From Acaryochloris marina MBIC11017 (GTDB lineage: Bacteria; Cyanobacteriota; Cyanobacteriia; Thermosynechococcales; Thermosynechococcaceae): 32,000 nucleotides of DNA. Below the pieces are notes generated by a model that had not been told where the DNA came from, searched no databases, and saw only the letters and a list, made by a program, of their open reading frames with translations. Positions 26,490-32,000 of the stretch are shown piece after piece (within the stretch, counting starts at the first letter, position 1; each line of letters begins with the position of its first letter). Where the stretch lies: contig NC_009925.1 in the NCBI RefSeq assembly GCF_000018105.1, positions 4,680,001-4,712,000 on the forward strand, in the 5' to 3' direction. A program made the translations under genes and the position numbers.

Positions 26490-27260
26490 TTACCGTACTA
26501 GCAGTCCTGCCCAAGCGAGGGCCATCCCCATGGCAGCGACTGATCCAATCAACGTATTAATCCCATTCACCACTTCATTGGTCAGCCACTTGAACTGTGA
26601 TTGCACCGTGGCTCCAATCACACTTTCTAAATTAGTCGCAATAAAAGCCGCAATTACGCACCAGACCACGCCAATCCAGTCGATTAAGCCTACTGCCCAA
26701 GCCAAAAGAGCAATCACGACCGAAGCTAGCATACCGGCGACGGTCCCTTCTAAACTAACGGCCCCCTCGGTTCCCCGGGGCACGAGCCGCAAGGTTGTAA
26801 TCAGAAAGGTGCGATTGCCATAGGCTTTGCCAATTTCACTGGCCGTTGTATCAGAAAGCTTCGTACTAAAACCGCTCACATAACCCAGGCACAGCAAAGG
26901 CCGGTAGGGTAGGGGAACCACTAAGGTAGCCAGAGCACATAGGGTTGAGCTGGCGGCAGACCCCCAAACATTCTCAGGGCCTCTAGCCCCAGACCGTTTC
27001 TCTGCAATACCAGCGGCTTCTTTTTCCGCCATGCCGATTTTCGTTACAGCGGATCCAGCCAAAAAGTAGAATAGAACGACCCCATAGCCTGGCCAACCCA
27101 AAACACCCCAGACGATTACCCCTAAAATCCAGGCATGGACTAATCCTGTAGGTGTTAAAAGCTTGGAGACGAGTTTCCAGCCCACCAAGCCTAACCCTGT
27201 ATTTAACAAGGCAGCGAGGAGCCAGGGATTCAACTCTCCAATGGCATCAATCAAAGTCAT
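26490..27260 (-). CDS. DUF92/TIGR00297 integral membrane protein (family of the plant phytyl-phosphate kinase VTE6)
   Basis: Polytopic, with LFYFLAGSAVTKIG..EK...G.AEKR.G.RG..NV and DTTASEIGK......FLITT...VPRGTEGAVSLEGT.AG. These match conserved DUF92 blocks. Confidence 0.75.
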   Translation of the reverse strand: MTLIDAIGELNPWLLAALLNTGLGLVGWKLVSKLLTPTGLVHAWILGVIVWGVLGWPGYGVVLFYFLAGSAVTKIGMAEKEAAGIAEKRSGARGPENVWGSAASSTLCALATLVVPLPYRPLLCLGYVSGFSTKLSDTTASEIGKAYGNRTFLITTLRLVPRGTEGAVSLEGTVAGMLASVVIALLAWAVGLIDWIGVVWCVIAAFIATNLESVIGATVQSQFKWLTNEVVNGINTLIGSVAAMGMALAWAGLLVR

Positions 27261-27280
27261 TTTTGGGAACTATTGAAACT

Positions 27281-27733
27281 ATGGATACACAACCGCCCAC
27301 CACTGACTTCATCCTATTCCACCTGGCTTTTCCTGTCACGAACATCCCAGAGACGAAAGCCTTTTATCAGCAAGGCTTAGGCTGTGAGCTAGGTCGCGAA
27401 AGTCCCCAATCTCTGATCATGAGTCTCTATGGCCATCAGTTAGTGGCCCATGTCACCCGTCAACCGCCAGAACCCCAAAAAGGCATCTATCCACGGCATT
27501 TTGGACTGGTCTTCTCTCAGCAATCCGCTTGGCAAGAATTGGTTGATCGAGCTGAAAAGCATCAACTTAAGTTTTACCAACCGCCTCGCTTACGCTTTCA
27601 GGATCAGGCTCTAGAGCATTTCACCGTTTTCCTAGAAGATCCGTTTCACAATCTGTTGGAGTTCAAGCATTACCGCAATTCAGAGGTGATCTTTGGCGGC
27701 CATGAGTATAAACAAATTGGGGATATACCTTAG
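27281..27733 (+). CDS. VOC (glyoxalase/bleomycin-resistance/dioxygenase) family protein
   Basis: 150 aa from ATG 27281. FHLAFPVTNIPETKAFYQQGLGCELG and later HFGLVF are typical paired beta-alpha-beta-beta-beta module signatures. The longer GTG-27152 form in the ORF track would overlap the divergent DUF92 gene by over 100 nt. Confidence 0.7.
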   Translation: MDTQPPTTDFILFHLAFPVTNIPETKAFYQQGLGCELGRESPQSLIMSLYGHQLVAHVTRQPPEPQKGIYPRHFGLVFSQQSAWQELVDRAEKHQLKFYQPPRLRFQDQALEHFTVFLEDPFHNLLEFKHYRNSEVIFGGHEYKQIGDIP

Positions 27734-28641
27734 GTTTTTGAACTTTGGGCTTGAAGGCGCTGGGCCAGATAACGACGCCATCGACTCCAGCCAAATATCG
27801 CGACAAACCCGATAATAATCGCCACGATACTAATCACACCGGCTTCCGGACCAAACGCTCCTCCCGTAATCCAAACCGGGCCAGTTACCCTATGGTCAAT
27901 CCAATGAAAGCTGGTAAACCCACTGACAGGGAAGCCAAACACCACGCCTTCAAAGAAGTTCCAACCTGCATGAATGCCAAGGGGTAACCAGAGTTGCTGG
28001 GTAACGAGCCAGGCAAACGCCAGCCAGAGGCCAGCGAGAAAAATAATAATGGTGGAGAGGGCACCAGCATTGGCATTACCGATGTGGCGGGCGGCAAAGA
28101 AGATGGACGTTAAAACAATGGCCAAGGCTAAATTGAGCCCTTCCTTGATATTTTGCAGGTAATAGCCCCGATAGGTTAGCTCTTCTTGCCAAGAGGGGCA
28201 TAGCCCAAGAACTAATAAACCTGCCAAGGTCTCAGCGACAACGGTTCCCATCGAGTCTTGTTGCCACCGATAGCCAATGAACTTCAGCCAGCCAGCTTGG
28301 TATTCGATGGTATAAATCCCCCCCATCAACACCCCAGCCAGCAAGAATCCAAATAGTAAATCCCACAACATCCAGATATTCACTTCTAAGCCGATGGAGT
28401 CGAAGGAGTGGCGGTCGAGGTAACGACGGGCTAAGTAAATGGAAAGGGTGGTTGCGGCAACGAATAGCAGCTTGTCGAAGATAAAGGCTTGTTGAGTGGC
28501 ATCTGAGACATTCCGAAAAAAAATAAAGTGAAGAAAGATGTAGAGAACAAGCTCTAGCCCATTCTGGACAACGATTCGCCAGCCCGCTCTTAGCCTACGG
28601 GGGCGTCGACCAAAAAATATAGTTCGAAGTTCAATACTCAC
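27730..28641 (-). CDS. CPBP family intramembrane glutamic endopeptidase (CAAX protease/Abi type)
   Basis: 303 aa, polytopic, GTG start. Motif 1 is WQEELTYRGY (EExxxR), motif 2 is FFAARH (FxxxH) and motif 3 is GIHAGWNF (HxxxN). Confidence 0.8.
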   Translation of the reverse strand: MSIELRTIFFGRRPRRLRAGWRIVVQNGLELVLYIFLHFIFFRNVSDATQQAFIFDKLLFVAATTLSIYLARRYLDRHSFDSIGLEVNIWMLWDLLFGFLLAGVLMGGIYTIEYQAGWLKFIGYRWQQDSMGTVVAETLAGLLVLGLCPSWQEELTYRGYYLQNIKEGLNLALAIVLTSIFFAARHIGNANAGALSTIIIFLAGLWLAFAWLVTQQLWLPLGIHAGWNFFEGVVFGFPVSGFTSFHWIDHRVTGPVWITGGAFGPEAGVISIVAIIIGFVAIFGWSRWRRYLAQRLQAQSSKT

Positions 28642-28709
28642 AGGGCGTACCGGGTCTGTGGGGCGAATATTGAAGATATTTTGATGTATAAGGTCATAAA
28701 TATGGGGCT

Positions 28710-29825
28710 TTATCCTGTAATAACCAGATTATCGCGATGCACGACAGTTTCTGCTCCGGCATATCCAAGCACCTGGGGAATATCCTCCGATTGACGCCCC
28801 TGTATGCGCTGCAGCTCATCACTACTATAGTTGACCAAGCCTCGGGCAATTTCTACGCCGGCAGAATCATAGAAGCAAACGGCTTCTTGGCTTTGAAACT
28901 CGCCTTCAACAGCTGTAATACCTGCTGCTAGCAAAGATTTTCCCAGCGTTGTAATGGCTTTTGCCGCGCCATCGTCCAAAATGAGTTTGCCCGTCGGTAC
29001 TAAGGCATGAGCGATCCAATGTTTGCGGGCATTGTGGGGGCGAGGATGGGGTTGAAATTGGGTGCCGAGGGATTCTCCCGCTAAGATGCGAGGAATATTC
29101 TCAGGGGTTTTGCCTTGGGTAATCACGGTACGAACACCGGCATTGGTTGCGATCGCAGCTGCAGAAATTTTGGTAGCCATCCCACCCGTTCCCCACTGGG
29201 ACCCTTGGGCACCTGCATTGACATTCAGTGCTGCCAATTCCTCCATCCGTTCGACGGTGACAATGGGCTGGGCATCGGGCTGGATACGCGGATCCGCCGA
29301 ATAGAGGCGATCTACATCTGTGAGAATAAAAAGCCAGTCCGCCTGAACTAATCCTGCCACTAGGGCCGATAGGGTATCGTTGTCGCCAAACCGGAGCAGC
29401 TCATCTACGGCTACCGTATCGTTTTCATTCACAATCGGTATCACACCTAATTTGAGCAGCTCTTGCAAGGTATTGGAGGCGTTGATATACCGACTGCGAT
29501 CCGCTAAGTCACCACGGGTCAGCAGGACCTGGGCAATAGGCTGCTGCAAACTAGTAAAAAAATCATCGTAGATGCGCATCAATCGCCCTTGACCGACTGC
29601 TGCAACGGCTTGCTTAAGGGCAATGGCTTTAGGTCGTTCGGCTAAACCCAAACGGGCACAGCCAATTCCGACGGCTCCAGAGGAGACAAGAATCACTTGG
29701 TTACCTTCTTGTCGCAGTTGGCTAAGGACTTCCACAAGGGAGGCAATGGTTGCTAAAGCCAAATGCCCAGTGTCTGGGTTGGTTAAGCTGGAAGTGCCAA
29801 TTTTAAGAACTAAGGTTTGCGACAT
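28710..29825 (-). CDS. proB: Glutamate 5-kinase with a C-terminal PUA domain
   Basis: 371 aa, with [41 protein letters not shown] and TGGM.TK, plus a PUA tail (GKLILDDGA...G.F......V). Confidence 0.95.
   Translation of the reverse strand: MSQTLVLKIGTSSLTNPDTGHLALATIASLVEVLSQLRQEGNQVILVSSGAVGIGCARLGLAERPKAIALKQAVAAVGQGRLMRIYDDFFTSLQQPIAQVLLTRGDLADRSRYINASNTLQELLKLGVIPIVNENDTVAVDELLRFGDNDTLSALVAGLVQADWLFILTDVDRLYSADPRIQPDAQPIVTVERMEELAALNVNAGAQGSQWGTGGMATKISAAAIATNAGVRTVITQGKTPENIPRILAGESLGTQFQPHPRPHNARKHWIAHALVPTGKLILDDGAAKAITTLGKSLLAAGITAVEGEFQSQEAVCFYDSAGVEIARGLVNYSSDELQRIQGRQSEDIPQVLGYAGAETVVHRDNLVITG
29149..29156. repeat. HIP1 octamer GCGATCGC
   Basis: Exact match read in the sequence. 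Confidence 0.95.
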
Positions 29826-30123
29826 ATAGTCTCTGGTCGTTTCTGGGGAAGACTAGGCCCACAGATACCTAGATTAAAAGAATACAGGTATCATGCCTTA
29901 CCTATATCAATTTCAATCATGTCATTTCTAACATTGCCTTGAAGCTAAAGACCGAATTAAATTGAGAACATATGGATTCGCTCGTCCCATAGTGGTAATG
30001 GATAGCCTAACTCTAGCTAATGGTGAATAACCATCTTTCTATAGATGATTTGAAACGTTTTGGCGTCCAAATAACATCATCCTTCAATCCTGAATACAAC
30101 AGCTCTGCAAAAATGTTTCCTGT

Positions 30124-30141
30124 ATGTACATTTATGTACAT
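30124..30141. repeat. Two palindromic ATGTACAT octamers 10 bp apart (operator-like)
   Basis: ATGTACAT at 30124-30131 and at 30134-30141, separated by TT. They sit in the AT-rich spacer about 450 nt upstream of the hydrolase ORF. Confidence 0.3.
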
Positions 30142-30588
30142 TCCAAAATCAAAGAGGTCTTATGCATTTTTGGTGGAAGAAATTGAGTTCTAAGGTAAGT
30201 TATGGCTGACTAGGCGATACATCGGACCGCTAAGCAACCGGTTATTTGAGAAGTTATTTACCCTAACTCCCATCTCAGATCACCAAAAGAGGGCAAGTCC
30301 CAATTAGATGCATCCATTGTTAATGGTCTCATCCAGTGAACCTAGTTATCTTAATCTCAAAGCTTGCTGAAGACTCGCATAATATCAGGATTTTTCCTTG
30401 ATAATTAGCCGATATCTGTTACGAACACAGCCATGCCTGAACCCTTTACCCTGACAGTCGCTTCTATGATCACAATAAATTCAAGTCACAAACTCAGAAA
30501 AGAGATAATGCATCGTGAAAATTGAGGCTAAAGGCCAAATTCCATATCTGATGATTTCTGTTTTATATTCAACATCTGGTGCTAAAAC

Positions 30589-31500
30589 ATGAATAAGCAA
30601 GGTAAATGGTTGAGAGAACCAAAGAATGGCCTTAACGTGGTGTTTATTCATGGGATTCACTCAAGCGATGATTGCTGGAGATCCAAAAACGGGACTTACT
30701 GGCCGAATTTACTAAAAGCTGAAGGTGAATTAGATGATATAGGAATCTACTTGTTTTCCTATCAAACTGGATTCAATGCAGGTTCCTATAGTTTGGGGGA
30801 CATCGTTGACTCTTTATATGAGCATATAACTAATTTTGATCAGGTCTTGGATAGCGATCGAGTTATCTTTGTGTGCCATAGTATGGGAGGTATTATCGCA
30901 AGGCGATTCCTGGTTAGAGAAGAATCGAACTTAATTGATAAAGGACTAAAACGCATTGGTTTGTTTCTGGTGGCATCTCCCTCATTAGGTTCTGATTATG
31001 CCAATATGCTTGCCCTTGTATCAGAATTTTTCGGGTATACACAAGCAAAGACTTTGAAATTTTCCCAGAATAATGTCTGGCTCAATGATTTGGACAATGA
31101 TTTTATTAACCTCAAAGATGCGAATAGATTAAATATTAAGGGGCAAGAACTCATTGAAGCTTTACCCATTAAAATCATTCGTTTCTTTGGCTTCAAAAAA
31201 CAAATTGTGGAACCATTCTCAGGCGCAAGATATTTTGGCAGATCCTATAAAGTAGCTGGTTCAGATCACATCACAATCGCCAAGCCTGAGGATAAATATG
31301 CAGACCAGCATCGCTTACTGATTAATTTCATCAAGGATTTTGAAAAACCCTACAATTTATCTAAAACCCAAGCATCAGAGACACAAGACCTATCAAATCC
31401 CACAAAAAGAGATCAAGAAAATCAAATTAGATTGCAGTTCAATAATGAGATATCTGGTGGGGTAGTAAACCAAGCAGAAACTATCAATATTCAGAATTGA
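30589..31500 (+). CDS. Alpha/beta-hydrolase (lipase/esterase-like, PGAP1/lipase-class-2-like nucleophile elbow); probable N-terminal effector module of the downstream NB-ARC ORF
   Basis: VVFIHGIHSS (oxyanion-loop region), VIFVCHSMGGIIARRF (Ser nucleophile elbow) and AGSDHITIAKP (candidate catalytic His). The C-terminal N/Q/G-rich linker is ISGGVVNQAETINIQN, followed by TGA at 31498-31500. G+C is clearly lower than in flanking genes. Confidence 0.75.
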   Translation: MNKQGKWLREPKNGLNVVFIHGIHSSDDCWRSKNGTYWPNLLKAEGELDDIGIYLFSYQTGFNAGSYSLGDIVDSLYEHITNFDQVLDSDRVIFVCHSMGGIIARRFLVREESNLIDKGLKRIGLFLVASPSLGSDYANMLALVSEFFGYTQAKTLKFSQNNVWLNDLDNDFINLKDANRLNIKGQELIEALPIKIIRFFGFKKQIVEPFSGARYFGRSYKVAGSDHITIAKPEDKYADQHRLLINFIKDFEKPYNLSKTQASETQDLSNPTKRDQENQIRLQFNNEISGGVVNQAETINIQN

Positions 31501-32000
31501 CTAAAGTCGTCCGACTGGGACCGGACAGAGTTAAATCCCAATATTCATATCCCCAATAATCTTCCCCGTAGTGGTGTGATTGCTTTCGAGGGTCGGGAGG
31601 ATCTGCTTACTCAACTCCAAAGCCAGCTCAAGAACAATGAGCTAAGTGGTATCACTGGAGTCAGAGGCATGGGTGGAATCGGGAAAACAGAGCTTGTCCT
31701 CCAGTACGCGATCTCCTGTTTTAACCAACAACTCTATCCTGGGGGTGTTTGTTGGCTTCGGGCGAGAGATCAAGAAATTGCTACTCAAATTATCAGCTTT
31801 GCCAAGGCTAATCTGGGCATCAAACCACCCGATAAACTAGAAACTAAGGAGAAAGTGAAATTCATATGGCAACGATGGCCAGAAGGAGATAGCCTCGTTA
31901 TTGTGGATGATGTCACAGACTATGCTGCTATCGATCCCTATCTACCACCTGCCTCACAGAAATTCAAGATCCTGATTACCACACGCATCAATCTCGGTTC
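31501..32000 (+). CDS. NB-ARC (STAND/AP-ATPase) NTPase domain protein, partial; start unresolved, in frame with the preceding ORF across one TGA
   Basis: The frame starting at 31501 stays open to the window end. It reads ..NLPRSGVIAFEGREDLLTQLQSQL..ITGVRGMGGIGKTELVLQYA (P-loop), ..SLVIVDDVTD (Walker B) and ..FKILITTR (RNBS-B-like). The only in-frame start candidates before the P-loop are non-ATG (GTG 31576), and none has a visible SD. Confidence 0.8.

Noticed and set aside
27152-27280. A 43-codon N-terminal extension of the VOC protein from GTG 27152
   Set aside because: It would overlap the divergent DUF92 coding region by over 100 nt and encodes Arg/Ser-rich filler. The VOC fold signature starts right after ATG 27281. 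It is kept as an alternative in one finding.
1747-29829. Many 60-140-aa ORFs lying antisense or out of frame inside well-supported genes
   Set aside because: Examples are 1747-2043, 3171-3362, 4581-4916, 5856-6113, 6143-6451, 6620-6808, 7727-8005, 8342-8578, 9207-9446, 10672-10938, 12438-12722, 12823-13119, 14046-14477, 15498-15722, 17535-17855, 20501-20731, 24631-24990, 24873-25172, 25491-25805, 26485-26823, 27885-28097, 29062-29304 and 29623-29829. They are shadow ORFs of moderately GC-rich coding sequence. Their translations are Arg/Ser/Pro/Gly-rich with no recognisable motifs, and each is fully explained by a strong gene on the other strand or frame.
29965-30045. tRNA-like fragment (..CCCATAGTGGTAATGGATAGCC..) that could mark an integration site after proB
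   Set aside because: The D-loop-like AGTGGTAAT is present, but there is no T-loop (GTTCGA/GGTTCRA), no matching acceptor stem and no cloverleaf that I can build. It is probably a chance resemblance.
30996-31196. 66-aa minus-strand ORF inside the hydrolase gene
   Set aside because: It is an antisense shadow in AT-rich sequence, and the plus-strand hydrolase motifs explain the region.
31646-31840. 64-aa ORF (+) in the ORF track inside the NB-ARC region
   Set aside because: It is out of frame with the open NB-ARC frame, which carries the P-loop, Walker B and TTR motifs, so it is a shadow ORF.
1-32000. CRISPR arrays, rRNA/tRNA genes, and transposase or integrase genes
   Set aside because: I saw no regularly spaced direct repeats, no rRNA or tRNA signatures and no DDE, tyrosine or serine recombinase motifs in any long ORF. 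The compositional island at the right end has no recognisable mobility gene within the window.

Overview
The window looks like a cyanobacterial chromosomal segment. Support: a petB-petD operon, a CURT1/CAAD thylakoid protein, a DUF1517 protein, a desA-type desaturase, and eight copies of the HIP1 octamer GCGATCGC. About 30 protein genes are tightly packed and mostly housekeeping: murG, a cobA-hemD fusion, aroK, desA, miaB, dprA, def, petBD, a Ctp protease, rnhA, rdgB and proB. There is also an ECF sigma / anti-sigma / CpxP-like module next to a large TPR-CHAT protein. I found no rRNA, tRNA, CRISPR array or transposase. Three places stand out. (1) The right end (about 29.8-32.0 kb) is a low-GC, HIP1-free segment after proB. 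It holds a lipase-like alpha/beta-hydrolase ORF, and an NB-ARC (STAND) NTPase ORF follows it in the same reading frame across a single TGA. This looks like an NLR/Avs-like effector-NTPase gene that is split, recoded or recently inactivated, and it runs off the window. (2) An AT-rich, ORF-poor gap of about 1.1 kb lies between def and the petD terminator. It contains a 42-nt near-perfect palindrome, a perfect 16-bp hairpin, five GTTAAC sites and a 37-codon hydrophobic mini-ORF. (3) The CHAT domain of the TPR-CHAT protein appears to lack both residues of the caspase-like His/Cys dyad. All functional calls come from motif recognition by eye; no database search was run.
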